Shown here one piece after another: positions 1 through 10,817 of a DNA stretch of 64,000 nucleotides. The stretch's first letter is position 1. Each line of letters opens with the position of its first letter. This stretch comes from a virus. Under the pieces are notes generated by a model. The model did no database searches. It was not told the origin of the DNA and worked only from the letters and a program-made list of their open reading frames with translations. The translations under genes were made by a program, and so were the position numbers. The DNA lies in the IMG/VR virus record IMGVR_UViG_3300029787_000002, positions 1 to 64,000 of that record. One strand, 5' to 3'.

Positions 1-1479
1 ATATCACAGGGTGCTATTACAGGTATTAATATTACCGACCCAGGTGAAGGATATACTTCTGTACCAAATATTATCTTCACTAAACTTGTAAATCTTAAGC
101 GTAAGACTAGAGCAAGACAAGCATTTAACTCTAGTGCAATTTACCTTACTGGTCTTATCAAAGATGTTACTGCAAATGATACAAACATATATGTTGACTC
201 AACAGATGCATATCCTGGATCTGGTCAAATCATTGTCAACAAAGAGACTATTGCATATACTAGTAAAACTGCAGGTAGATTTACTGGTCTAACTCGTGGT
301 GTAAACTTCAACTACGATCAGAGAGTTGTATTAGATACTATTCAGAACTTACCTAATGGAACTTCTAACTATAAGTTCAACGTTGGTGATAGAGTTATAC
401 GTCGTGTTGAGAATGCTAATAATAAAATTGCAAAAGTATATGATTTCGACGCTGCTACTAGAGAACTTCTAGTTACATTTGAAGTTGATGAACTAGCATT
501 TATTGATGGTGGTAGACCTTCGACTGAGGATGCTATTGTACAGTTTGATGCAGGTGTTGCAGCATCTTCTGGTGCAGGTATTTTACCACACGTCGTTATT
601 GATTCTGTAGGAAATAGTATTCCTACATTTACAGTTCCTCTCGGAACATTAACTGATAAAGACTTCCAAGATGATGATGAGAATGCAGGAGCAGGTGATG
701 GTATTCCTGACCTGGTGAATACTTCTACTGACTATGCTAATCAAATTAGTCTTGATGGTGGTATATTCAGTTCACTTTATGGTATTGAGGAGACTCAAGG
801 TGGTACTAACACAACTCTATTCCAAGTTGGTGACAGTATTAAGGATGCTGACATTCCATTCAAGTACGCAACTGTCGTTGAGGCAGGTGGACTTGCTGAC
901 GGTGTAGCACACCCTTCTGTCCTAAATATCACATTAGATGTTGCAAGTGGTAATGCACAAAACTTCCAGACTAATGAAGTTGTAACTGGTGCTATTTCTG
1001 GCGTTAGAGCAACTGTTGTTTCTTGGAATTCTACAACTGGAGTTTTACAAGTCAACAATGTTATACCCTTTAATACTGGAAATGTTAACATCGGTATCGC
1101 AGGATTACTTTATGAGTTCTCTCAAAATAGCAGTATAGTTGACTTTATCATTGCAAATCCTGGAACTAACTATACTGGAGTGCCAACAATAGCAATCGAG
1201 AACACAGGTGATATACAGGCAACTGGTACTGTAGTTATGACGACTGCAGCAGACCAAGTTGCATCTATTACTATCAGTAATGGAGGGTATGGAATCCCTC
1301 AAACTGTAGATGGCACCTACAATCTACACCCAACAGTCACATTCTCAAATGCGAGTGGTGACACTACAGGAGCGAACGCTGCAGCACAAGCAGTATTAGG
1401 TGGTGAAGTTCTTAATGGTAATGGCGGTGCCTCTTATAGAATTAAGAGTATCGATTATCTTACAACTGTTCGCTCGTAA
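1..1479 (+). CDS. C-terminal part of large baseplate wedge protein (gp7-like), truncated by window start
   Basis: Frame 1 reads open from base 1 (ISQGAITGINITDPGEGYTSVP...) to TAA 1479; ITNPGxGY-type repeats typical of cyanophage baseplate proteins; directly upstream of gp8. Confidence 0.65.
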   Translation: MSQGAITGINITDPGEGYTSVPNIIFTKLVNLKRKTRARQAFNSSAIYLTGLIKDVTANDTNIYVDSTDAYPGSGQIIVNKETIAYTSKTAGRFTGLTRGVNFNYDQRVVLDTIQNLPNGTSNYKFNVGDRVIRRVENANNKIAKVYDFDAATRELLVTFEVDELAFIDGGRPSTEDAIVQFDAGVAASSGAGILPHVVIDSVGNSIPTFTVPLGTLTDKDFQDDDENAGAGDGIPDLVNTSTDYANQISLDGGIFSSLYGIEETQGGTNTTLFQVGDSIKDADIPFKYATVVEAGGLADGVAHPSVLNITLDVASGNAQNFQTNEVVTGAISGVRATVVSWNSTTGVLQVNNVIPFNTGNVNIGIAGLLYEFSQNSSIVDFIIANPGTNYTGVPTIAIENTGDIQATGTVVMTTAADQVASITISNGGYGIPQTVDGTYNLHPTVTFSNASGDTTGANAAAQAVLGGEVLNGNGGASYRIKSIDYLTTVRS

Positions 1480-1484
1480 CTACG

Positions 1485-1491
1485 ATAAATA
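1485..1491 (+). promoter_or_regulatory. T4-type late promoter (ATAAATA)
   Basis: Intergenic ATAAATA about 25 nt before gp8 ATG; GAGG SD follows. Confidence 0.55.
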
Positions 1492-1517
1492 AACAAGAGG
1501 ACAAATAGTATCCGCAA

Positions 1518-3050
1518 ATGGCAGCCCTATTAACTGATCAGTTTAGAATATTTTCTGCGAAAAAGTTCATCAAGGCACTTGAAGGTCCCGACGCGACTCA
1601 AAGTGACGATGTAGCAGGTACGACGAGAGATCGTTTGTATCTGTTTATTGGAAGACCGCAACCCTGGGATAATGAGAACTCACCGCCTCAGGCAGTGGAC
1701 TCTTTCTCAGAGTTTTCTGGTTCTTATGACGACATGGTATCAATGAAACGTGTCCTCGCTTCAGATACCGTTCAAGTTTGTCGTAGAATCGACTGGGTTT
1801 CTCCAGAACAAACTACTGGTGGATTGGGTTTTACTTATGACATGTATCGTCATGACTATTCCCCAAGTAAGACTGCTGCTTCAGGTGCTACTAAACTCTA
1901 TGATTCTGATTTTTACGTTGTAAACTCTCAGTATCAAGTATACAAGTGTATCTACAATGGTACATCACCCTCTGATCCAAATGGCAAACCTTCTACTGTC
2001 GAGCCTACTGGGACTAGCACTAGCATCATCACTACTGGCGACGGGTATCGTTGGAAGTATATGTACACTATTCCAGTTGCAAGCGTACTTAAGTTTTTCT
2101 CAAACGACTACATGCCCGTCTTCACCAACGCAGCGGTTCAAACCAATGCAGTCGCAGGTGAAGTCGATACTGTTGTTATCAACGCTGCAGGGTCTGGTTA
2201 CAACAATGGTACTTACGACAACGTAGCGATCAACGGTGACGGAACTGGTGGTCGTGTTTCAATCGTTGTTGACGGTGGTAAAGTTATCTCTGCTACTGTT
2301 ACATCTGGTGGTACTGGATATACATTCGGTAAAATCAGTATTGATAATATCACTGGTATCGGTACTGGTACTGGTGGACAGGTTGACGTTATCTTGCCTC
2401 CTCCTGGTGGGCATGGTGATACTGCTGTTACTGAAATCGGTGCCTTTAGGGTAATGATTAATGCCAAACTCTCATATGATGAGGGTGCGGGTGACTTCCC
2501 TGTCGATAACGACTATCGTCGTATCGGTTTGATTACAAACCCACTTAAATATGGTACATCTGAACTTATCTCTGACTTGACGATCTCTGCTGCTAAAGCA
2601 GTTATCTTCTCTCCTACATTCCAAGGTAACTATGTTCCTGATGAAATTGTTACACAAACACGAGTTGTTGGTGGAACCAACGTTACTGCTCGTGGTAGAG
2701 TAATTTCTTGGAATCCCACAACTAAACTTCTGAAGTATTATCAGAACGCAGTTGATGGTATCTTCCCAGAAGTTACAGGTACACAGAATGAGTTTGACGG
2801 TTCTAACGTTATCAGTGGTGCAACCTCTGGTGCTGCAGGACAACCCGACGTCAATTTCCCTGCTGTTCCAAACTCATCTTCTAGAACTATCAACAATACA
2901 GAATATGATCTGGGTATGAAGTTCAACAACGGTTATGCAAAACCCGAAGTTGCTTCAAACACTGGTCAGGTTGTGTACATAGATAATAGGAGATCAATCA
3001 GTCGTGCTAACGACCAAGTAGAAGACATCAAAATCGTAATCGAGTTCTAA
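1518..3050 (+). CDS. gp8: baseplate wedge subunit gp8
   Basis: YLFIGRPQPW, VYKCIYN, DGYRWKYMYTI, YIDNR..RANDQVEDIKIVIEF motifs. Confidence 0.9.
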   Translation: MAALLTDQFRIFSAKKFIKALEGPDATQSDDVAGTTRDRLYLFIGRPQPWDNENSPPQAVDSFSEFSGSYDDMVSMKRVLASDTVQVCRRIDWVSPEQTTGGLGFTYDMYRHDYSPSKTAASGATKLYDSDFYVVNSQYQVYKCIYNGTSPSDPNGKPSTVEPTGTSTSIITTGDGYRWKYMYTIPVASVLKFFSNDYMPVFTNAAVQTNAVAGEVDTVVINAAGSGYNNGTYDNVAINGDGTGGRVSIVVDGGKVISATVTSGGTGYTFGKISIDNITGIGTGTGGQVDVILPPPGGHGDTAVTEIGAFRVMINAKLSYDEGAGDFPVDNDYRRIGLITNPLKYGTSELISDLTISAAKAVIFSPTFQGNYVPDEIVTQTRVVGGTNVTARGRVISWNPTTKLLKYYQNAVDGIFPEVTGTQNEFDGSNVISGATSGAAGQPDVNFPAVPNSSSRTINNTEYDLGMKFNNGYAKPEVASNTGQVVYIDNRRSISRANDQVEDIKIVIEF

Positions 3051-6000
3051 TGGCACAAAACACCAATCTAAACGTCACTCCATACTACGACGATTTCGAT
3101 AAGAGTAAGAACTTTTATCGAGTGCTATTTCGTCCTGGGTTCCCTATCCAAGCACGAGAACTTACTACCATGCAGAGTATTCTGCAGAATCAGGTAGAGA
3201 ACGTCGGATCGCATCTATTTAAAGATGGATCGATGGTCATTCCTGGTCAAGTAGGTTATGATCTAAATGTCGAAGCTATCCAGTTACAAGAATCATTCTT
3301 GGGTGCTGATGTCGAAAACTATCGTACTCAGTTGAATGGCAAGATCATCTCTGGTCTTACATCTGGTGTAAAAGCAAAAGTATTATTTAGTATTTCTGCT
3401 TCAGATTCCACAAAAGGATATATCACACTCTACGTTAAGTATATCGAATCTGGTGGCACACAGAATACACAACAAACATTCTCAAATAACGAGCAGTTAG
3501 TTACTGACACTGAGATCACTTTCGGTACAACTTTGATTGAAGTTGGATCGCCATTTGCTCAGTTGTTACCTACTGCTGCACTACAGAAAGGTTCCGTAGC
3601 ATATATTCAAGAAGGTGTTTACTTCATCAGAGGATTCTTCGTTGATGTAGCATACCAGTACTTACTATTAGATCAGTATGGAAGTAACCCCTCCTATCGT
3701 ATCGGACTTGATATTCAAGAATCCATTATTACTCCAGAGGATGACCTTAGTCTCAATGATAACGCTGCTGGAACAAGTAACTATGCTGCTCCTGGTTCTC
3801 ATAGATTTAGAATCTCTACAAGATTAGTTAAGAAACTACTCACAGACGATGCTGATAAGGACTTCCTAGAACTATTAAGAATCAACAATAGTAAAGTTGA
3901 AAAACTTGTTGATAGAAGTGCATATGATGAACTAGAAAGATCCATGGCAACCAGAACTTTTGAAGAGTCTGGTGACTATGTTGTTAAAGATTTTAAAATC
4001 ACTGCTAGAGAAAACCTTGATGATGGTTTTAACAACGGTGTATATGAAACAGGTTCTACAACTGCTCAGGGTAATACCACTGCAGAAAGAATGTATGCTG
4101 TTGAGTTCGGACCTGGAACTGCATATGTTAGAGGATATAGAGTTAAGACTCTATCACCAACCTATGTTGACTTAGATAAACCCAGAGATACTGCAGCATC
4201 ACAGAATACTATTATCCCATTTGAGATGGGTAATAACATTATTGTGAATAATGTTTATGGTTTCCCTAACTCCACAGGTTCATCTCTTGGTAATGCATAT
4301 CAAACTATTGAATTAAGAGATACTTTCTCTTCAACTCCTGGAAACGGTGCAGGTCAAATTATTGGTTTTGCAAGACTTGCTTGTATGGAGCATACCTCTG
4401 ATGGTGATGACACTACTTTCGGTAATGCTGATGACACTTACAACGTCAACATCTTTGATGTTCAGATGTTTAATGTTCTTGAGTTAGCATCTGCTGTAAC
4501 TATTCAAGCAGGTTCTGTACTGATCGGTGCAACCTCTGGTGCAAGAGCATATCTTGTAGATGGTGTTTCTGCTACAGATCATATTAGTTGCTATCAAGTT
4601 GAGGGTGCTTTCACTGTTGGTGAAATGATCGTAGTTGATGGTTTAAACGTTGATACTGTTGAAGTTTCTCATACTTATGCATTCTCTGATACTAGACAGA
4701 TTGTATCTAGAGATGAAAGTACAAATGCTGTAGAGTTTACTTCAGATATTATCTTAGATGATCTTCAGGTTGTTCAAGGTACTACATTCACTTATGATGC
4801 TACAGGTTCTGCTGAAAAAATCACTGGTCAATCTTCTAACTTTGCGTTAGATCTTAAACCTGGTGACAGAATCTTCTTTAATGGAACTCAGTATGTTGAT
4901 GTTGATAAGATCAACCCAACCTCATTAACTGGTTCTCAAATTTCAACTATCTTTGACTATCAAGCACAGACAGTTAATGTAACTCCTGGACCTGGTGGTG
5001 CTGCTCCTTCTGCAGGAACTTACTCTGCCTTACTCAGACAACGTTCTAGGTTGAACAATGTTCAGAATGCAGATCTCTTAAGTGAGATGCCTAAGAAGTA
5101 CATCAAGAGTATTTCTGATGAATCAATGATTGTCAGAAGAACTTTCGATGCTCAAACAGTTGCTTCTAACTCTATCTCCATTACTCTTCCTGAGAATGAA
5201 CAGTTCCAAGCAATCTCCGATGCCAATTATACCCTTACTGTACTTGCAGGTACAAACAGCACTCACCCTGTCGGTGATCAAATCACTATCAACACTGTCA
5301 GTTCTGGTACTATTGGTTATACCACGTTCACCTCTTCTGATAGAACAACTATTCAGATTGATAACTTAACTAACATTACTTCGATTAAAGTTACTGCAAC
5401 TATCTCGAAGAACGTTACTCAAAGAAAAACAAAATCTGGTCAGCAGATGTTTGTTATTAAAACCATTAAGACAATTGAAAATCTTGACAAGCAAAATTAT
5501 AATCTAACTTATTCAAACCTTTACGGTACTAGAATTCAAGATAGGGATCTTTCTCTTGGTCTTGTAGATGCTTACAGATTACATGCTGTATATGAATCTA
5601 ACGATGACAATGATCCTGTTCTTCCTTCTGTAACTCTGGTTGAACCAACTTTCTTTGCTACAGGAACTATCGTTACTGGTAGAACTTCTAAAGCAAGAGC
5701 AAAGGTAGTTGCATTTAGTTCTGGAACTCTAAAACTAAGTCTTGTTTATCTCAGCGGTCAATTACAGTCGGGTGAAACCATTGATGGTTTTGACAGTGCA
5801 GGTACTGCTATTAATGCGATTATCAATGATAGTGTTGGATCTGTTATTGAAGGATCAAAAGTTATCACTGATAATTACTTCTTAGAAGTAGCACAAACTG
5901 GTTTCATCTATGATGTTTCTAGAGTTACTCGTAAGAAAGGTGTTGCAACTCCAATCAGAAAACTTCTGATGGTTATTGACTACTATACACATTCTGCAAC

Positions 6001-9000
6001 TGGTGATTACTTCGGTGGTCAATCATATCTTGACACAACATATGGTGATATTCCATTCTTTGAGACTAGGTTCCTCTCAGATTACTTAGACTTTAGACCA
6101 GGATGTAAGAATCTTTACAGTGGTACTGGTACAGTTGCATCTCCTGCCTTTGTTAACTGCTCAACATTTGACTTTAAGTCAAGAGTGTTTAATGTATCTG
6201 GATCTCCGAATGCTACTATCTTCGACGTTCCTAAAATTAACAGCGACTTCCGTGCAGACTTTGACTGGTATCTACCTAGAATTGATAAAGCATTCTTAAC
6301 ACCTGCAGGTGAGTTCCAAGTTATTAAAGGTAAGTCTTCTGAGTTACCTCAAGAACCTGATAATCTGAAGGATGGTATGCTATTAGCAACCATCTCTCAT
6401 AAACCATACGGTTTTGATCCTGAGTCTGACATTGTTATCACTAGATCGGATAACAGACGTTATACCATGCGTGACATCGGTGGTATTGAACGTAGATTAG
6501 ATCAAGTTGAATACTATACTTCACTCAACATGCTTGAGTCTGATACTTTCAACACTAAGATTATTGACTCTGATGGTAAAGATAGACTTAAGAATGGATT
6601 TATTGTAGACGATTTCTCAGATCATAGTAAGTCTGAAACTTCTCATGAAGATTTCAATGCTGCATTAGACTTTGCAGGTGGTCAGTGCCATCCTTCACAC
6701 TATACAACTAACATTCCTTTACAGGTTAATACAACCTTATCTCAAAACTATCAGCAGACTGGACCGATTATCACTCGACCATATAGTGAGTTGACAATCA
6801 TTAATCAACCATATGCTTCTAGAGTTGAGAACATCAACCCATTCAACGTATTCACTTACATTGGACGTATTGATTTAACTCCTGCATCTGACGACTGGTT
6901 AGATACACAAAGATTGCCAGCAAGAGTCACTCAAATTGAAGGTGATTTTGAATCTGTATCATCTGAAATGAGAGTTGACCAAAATGGTTTTGCTCCTATT
7001 CAGTGGAACGCATGGAGAGATCAGTGGACTACAAATAGAACTATTGGATCTAGAGTTACTAGAAACTCCTTCTGGTTAGAGATGGACGTTGGTAGATCTC
7101 CTAGACCTGATGTATGGGCTGGTCGTGGTATGCGTCGTATTAATAGAACGACATCTTTCCTTGCCACTACTAGACAAACTAGATCTGGTATTAGATCCAG
7201 AGTTATTCCTAGAATTGACAGACAATCTCTTGGTGATAGCGTCATTTCTTCTACTTCTATTCCTTGGATTAGATCCAGAAACGTTAAGGTTAACGTTGAA
7301 AGACTGAAACCCAGAACTCGTTTCTATTCATTCTTCGATGGTAAGAAGGTATCTGATTACTTCACTCCTAAGTTGATTGAACTTATTAAGAACCCTTCTA
7401 CTGATGCTCGTACAAACTCTACACCTTTCATTCCTGGTGAGACTGTAAGAGGACAAAGTAGTGGTTGTGTTTTAAAAGTTGCAAACCCTGATGATCTATA
7501 TGTAAACAACCCATATGATGATACTGCGATGGCAACATCATATGCTTCTACTACTGCATACTTGAACATTGATACTGATGCACTAGCATCTAACGCTGTT
7601 GGTGAGTTCTATGGTAATGTGCAAGTTGGTGAAGTATTAGTTGCTAACTCTGGTGCTAGAGCAATTGTTAAAGATCGTCGTCTTGTTTCAGACCGTTTTG
7701 GTAAGTTCCAAGCATCATTCTTTATTCCACCTCCATCTTTAGATACTAATCCACGTTGGGCAACTGGTACAAGATCCATTAGACTTTCTACTTCTGATAC
7801 TGATTCACGTCTTGCAGGTGCAGTTGCATCTTCTGCTGAAGCAGAATACGAAGCAAGTGGTACATTGAACAGAGTTCGTGAGAACGTTCTTGCTGTTAGA
7901 AATGCTGAAGTTGTTCGTGACACTGTTAACCAGACTAGAAACTTCAATACAATCAGAACTGAGACTAGGCAGATTGGTTGGTATGACCCTCTTGCTCAGT
8001 CATTTATTTCTGATGAAGAAGGTGGTGTGTTTATTACATCTGTCGAAGTATACTTCTTTAAGAAAGACACAAATATTCCTGTATCCATGCAGATTAGAAC
8101 CATGGAAAATGGATACCCTACCACAAGTATCCTACCTTTCTCTGACGTAACCTTAGAACCAAGTGTTGTTCAGTTATCTGAAACTGCTGCTGTTGCAACT
8201 AAGTTTACCTTTAAGGCACCTGTCTATATTCCACAGTCGATCGAACATTGTTTCGTTCTTCTTTCTGACTCTAACGAGTATCAGATCTGGATCTCTAGAA
8301 TGGGTGAGATTGATATTACTGGTGACAGAACTATTTCTGAGCAACCATATGCAGGTGTGCTGTTCAAATCACAGAACGCATCTACATGGACTGCTGACCA
8401 GTATGAAGACTTGAAGTTCAAAGTCAATAGAGCAGAGTTTGATACTACTTCATTATCTACTGTTACTCTTAATAATGCTCCTCTTGATATTGGTAACGGT
8501 GGTAAGTTAAGGTTACAACCAGATCCAATCCAGACATTCATTCCTGAGATTGATCTTGTTCTTAACTCTACTTCACTTCCATATACTATTGGTGCTAGAA
8601 TCTATCAGAAGACTACACTTGCTCAAGGTACTATTGCCAAGAGAACTGTAACATCTGGTGGAGTTGTCTTGACAATCAAAGACATCACAGGAACGTTTGC
8701 TGCAGGATCTAACACTGGTGGTGTTATTACAAACAGAATCGTATCTTCTAAAACAACAGCAACTCTCATAGTTACTGGTGCATCTGGTGACTTTACTGTT
8801 GGTGAGACAATTACAGGTAACTCTGCTACTGCTCCTACTGCTGAAGTTGTAACTTGGACTACAGGTACAAACACTCTTGAATTGAAGTTTATTTCCACAG
8901 ACTTTATTACTTCACCTGCTGAAACTATCACTGGTGGAACATCTACTGTTACTGCAACTGTTTCATCCGTAACTTATTCTGGTGACTCTGTTGAAGCATC

Positions 9001-10279
9001 AGCAATTAGTGACGCTTATCCTACTGCAACTCCAACGTACTCTACTTCCCAAAGAAAAGTTCGTATTGCACATAGCAATCACTCCATGTATTCTGCATCA
9101 AATAACGTTATCATTTCTGATGTTAAATCAGAAGTGTCTCCTACTTACTTGACTGCTGCTATCTCAGCAACTGATACATCTCTGAATGTTAATGATGCTT
9201 CTGCATTCCATACAGTCATTAATGGTGCAAATGTCGGTAGTACTAATAAAGGATATGTAAGAATCATTAGTAATGCAGGAACTGAGGTTGTTTCATACAC
9301 TGGTATCTCAAGTGACTTCCAAACAATCACTGTAAGTGAAAGAGGACTTGATGGTACAACTGCAGTATCTCACATTGATGAGTCTGTAGTTGAGTGTTAT
9401 AACCTTGATGGTATTCCTCTGATTGAAATCAATAAGACTCATCAGGGTATTCTTAATCCAACTCTTGATACTTACGAGATCTCCACAAGTTCTATTGCTA
9501 GACTTGGTATTAGATCTGGTGGTCCACTTGCGATTGCTACACAGAACGTTCAGTATGACATCTTGGTTCCACAAGTTGAGAGAATGTTATTACCTGAAAC
9601 AGGAATTACTGCAAGAATTAATGGCATTAGTGGTACATCTATCAATGATGGTACTACTAGATTACAAGAATCGTTCTCTAATGATGGCGTATTCTCTGAT
9701 ATCATCTTGAGTGAGGATAATACATTAGGTTCTCCTCAACTTATATGTTCTGCTATTAACGAATCTAGTGAACTTGCAGGTGCTAAGTCATTCAGATTGG
9801 ATCTGACAATGACTAGTGGTAAGTCAAATGTATCGCCTTTAATTGATACAGACAGAATGTCAATGACTACTGTTATGAACAGGATTAATAATCCTGCTAA
9901 TCCTAACACTGCTAAGTTAAGTGTTGGTGATTCACATGATGCAGTATACATTACTCGTGCTGCTGACCTTATTAATCCATCAGGTGCAATCAAGGTTCTG
10001 TTCACAGGTTATCGCCCTGCAAACACTTTCATAAAGGTGCTATATAGAGTACGTCCAACTGGTTCTACCGATCACATCACGACATTTGGTTTCGAGTTCT
10101 TCCCTGATGCACAGGCACAAATTCCTGCTACTACAGAGAAAACTATCTTTAAAGAGTACGAATACGAAGTGTCTGGTTTAGCATTTGATCAATATCAAAT
10201 CAAGATTGTGTTCACATCACCGAATCAGTCTTTAACTCCTGTTATCCAAGACTTCCGAGCAATTTCTCTCGCTGTATAA
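3050..10279 (+). CDS. large virion/baseplate structural protein (VrlC-like, DUF4815-type), 2409 aa
   Basis: N-term NLNVTPYYDDFD..KNFYRVLFRPG..QARELT; RYTMRDIG..RLDQVEYYTSL; KNGFIVDDF; DPLAQSF; GVLFKSQNASTW. Confidence 0.8.
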   Translation: MAQNTNLNVTPYYDDFDKSKNFYRVLFRPGFPIQARELTTMQSILQNQVENVGSHLFKDGSMVIPGQVGYDLNVEAIQLQESFLGADVENYRTQLNGKIISGLTSGVKAKVLFSISASDSTKGYITLYVKYIESGGTQNTQQTFSNNEQLVTDTEITFGTTLIEVGSPFAQLLPTAALQKGSVAYIQEGVYFIRGFFVDVAYQYLLLDQYGSNPSYRIGLDIQESIITPEDDLSLNDNAAGTSNYAAPGSHRFRISTRLVKKLLTDDADKDFLELLRINNSKVEKLVDRSAYDELERSMATRTFEESGDYVVKDFKITARENLDDGFNNGVYETGSTTAQGNTTAERMYAVEFGPGTAYVRGYRVKTLSPTYVDLDKPRDTAASQNTIIPFEMGNNIIVNNVYGFPNSTGSSLGNAYQTIELRDTFSSTPGNGAGQIIGFARLACMEHTSDGDDTTFGNADDTYNVNIFDVQMFNVLELASAVTIQAGSVLIGATSGARAYLVDGVSATDHISCYQVEGAFTVGEMIVVDGLNVDTVEVSHTYAFSDTRQIVSRDESTNAVEFTSDIILDDLQVVQGTTFTYDATGSAEKITGQSSNFALDLKPGDRIFFNGTQYVDVDKINPTSLTGSQISTIFDYQAQTVNVTPGPGGAAPSAGTYSALLRQRSRLNNVQNADLLSEMPKKYIKSISDESMIVRRTFDAQTVASNSISITLPENEQFQAISDANYTLTVLAGTNSTHPVGDQITINTVSSGTIGYTTFTSSDRTTIQIDNLTNITSIKVTATISKNVTQRKTKSGQQMFVIKTIKTIENLDKQNYNLTYSNLYGTRIQDRDLSLGLVDAYRLHAVYESNDDNDPVLPSVTLVEPTFFATGTIVTGRTSKARAKVVAFSSGTLKLSLVYLSGQLQSGETIDGFDSAGTAINAIINDSVGSVIEGSKVITDNYFLEVAQTGFIYDVSRVTRKKGVATPIRKLLMVIDYYTHSATGDYFGGQSYLDTTYGDIPFFETRFLSDYLDFRPGCKNLYSGTGTVASPAFVNCSTFDFKSRVFNVSGSPNATIFDVPKINSDFRADFDWYLPRIDKAFLTPAGEFQVIKGKSSELPQEPDNLKDGMLLATISHKPYGFDPESDIVITRSDNRRYTMRDIGGIERRLDQVEYYTSLNMLESDTFNTKIIDSDGKDRLKNGFIVDDFSDHSKSETSHEDFNAALDFAGGQCHPSHYTTNIPLQVNTTLSQNYQQTGPIITRPYSELTIINQPYASRVENINPFNVFTYIGRIDLTPASDDWLDTQRLPARVTQIEGDFESVSSEMRVDQNGFAPIQWNAWRDQWTTNRTIGSRVTRNSFWLEMDVGRSPRPDVWAGRGMRRINRTTSFLATTRQTRSGIRSRVIPRIDRQSLGDSVISSTSIPWIRSRNVKVNVERLKPRTRFYSFFDGKKVSDYFTPKLIELIKNPSTDARTNSTPFIPGETVRGQSSGCVLKVANPDDLYVNNPYDDTAMATSYASTTAYLNIDTDALASNAVGEFYGNVQVGEVLVANSGARAIVKDRRLVSDRFGKFQASFFIPPPSLDTNPRWATGTRSIRLSTSDTDSRLAGAVASSAEAEYEASGTLNRVRENVLAVRNAEVVRDTVNQTRNFNTIRTETRQIGWYDPLAQSFISDEEGGVFITSVEVYFFKKDTNIPVSMQIRTMENGYPTTSILPFSDVTLEPSVVQLSETAAVATKFTFKAPVYIPQSIEHCFVLLSDSNEYQIWISRMGEIDITGDRTISEQPYAGVLFKSQNASTWTADQYEDLKFKVNRAEFDTTSLSTVTLNNAPLDIGNGGKLRLQPDPIQTFIPEIDLVLNSTSLPYTIGARIYQKTTLAQGTIAKRTVTSGGVVLTIKDITGTFAAGSNTGGVITNRIVSSKTTATLIVTGASGDFTVGETITGNSATAPTAEVVTWTTGTNTLELKFISTDFITSPAETITGGTSTVTATVSSVTYSGDSVEASAISDAYPTATPTYSTSQRKVRIAHSNHSMYSASNNVIISDVKSEVSPTYLTAAISATDTSLNVNDASAFHTVINGANVGSTNKGYVRIISNAGTEVVSYTGISSDFQTITVSERGLDGTTAVSHIDESVVECYNLDGIPLIEINKTHQGILNPTLDTYEISTSSIARLGIRSGGPLAIATQNVQYDILVPQVERMLLPETGITARINGISGTSINDGTTRLQESFSNDGVFSDIILSEDNTLGSPQLICSAINESSELAGAKSFRLDLTMTSGKSNVSPLIDTDRMSMTTVMNRINNPANPNTAKLSVGDSHDAVYITRAADLINPSGAIKVLFTGYRPANTFIKVLYRVRPTGSTDHITTFGFEFFPDAQAQIPATTEKTIFKEYEYEVSGLAFDQYQIKIVFTSPNQSLTPVIQDFRAISLAV

Positions 10280-10503
10280 TGTATCAACCTGTAAAAGGAC
10301 ATGATAATTGGTTTAGGGACTCCTCATCGGGGTTCTTTAACTGTGCTGATGAAGATACTTACACAAAGTATATGAAGGCATATGCAGCAGAGGCGAAAAC
10401 GAAAGCGGATTTTAACACTTTACAAAATGAAGTTTCTGAGTTAAAATCGGATATGAGTGAGATTAAATCACTTCTACTAACGTTAGTCCAAAAATCTGAT
10501 TAA
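10279..10503 (+). CDS. small coiled-coil hypothetical protein
   Basis: Translationally coupled (TAATG); heptad C-terminus. Confidence 0.7.
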   Translation: MYQPVKGHDNWFRDSSSGFFNCADEDTYTKYMKAYAAEAKTKADFNTLQNEVSELKSDMSEIKSLLLTLVQKSD

Positions 10504-10506
10504 ATT

Positions 10507-10737
10507 ATGACAACATCAGCACCTGTTGAAAAGGTTTCTCAAGACGAGATGCTTAAACAGTTCAAAGAACAATACGCAGGATTTATTAAAGAGAACCAAG
10601 AACTCTCTGCAAAAATCAAACAGAATGAAGTCCAAGCACTGAAACTTCAGGGGGCAATCGAGACCCTTGAATACTACAGTGTAGGAGACGAACCTGAAAC
10701 AATGTCACATCCTCCTGACCCAGAAACGGAAGAATAA
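10507..10737 (+). CDS. small coiled-coil protein, possible fibre assembly factor
   Basis: 76-aa ORF before terminator and fibre gene. Confidence 0.6.
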   Translation: MTTSAPVEKVSQDEMLKQFKEQYAGFIKENQELSAKIKQNEVQALKLQGAIETLEYYSVGDEPETMSHPPDPETEE

Positions 10738-10741
10738 TGAC

Positions 10742-10766
10742 AGGGGGTTCATAGGAACCCCTTTTT
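10742..10766 (+). terminator. rho-independent terminator
   Basis: GGGGTTC-ATAG-GAACCCC followed by T-run. Confidence 0.8.
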
Positions 10767-10772
10767 ACTAGC

Positions 10773-10779
10773 ATAAATA
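10773..10779 (+). promoter_or_regulatory. late promoter (ATAAATA)
   Basis: Directly after terminator, upstream of fibre gene. Confidence 0.6.
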
Positions 10780-10817
10780 ACTTGGAAGCATAAACCGTAT
10801 AGAGTTGTCCTAACAAA

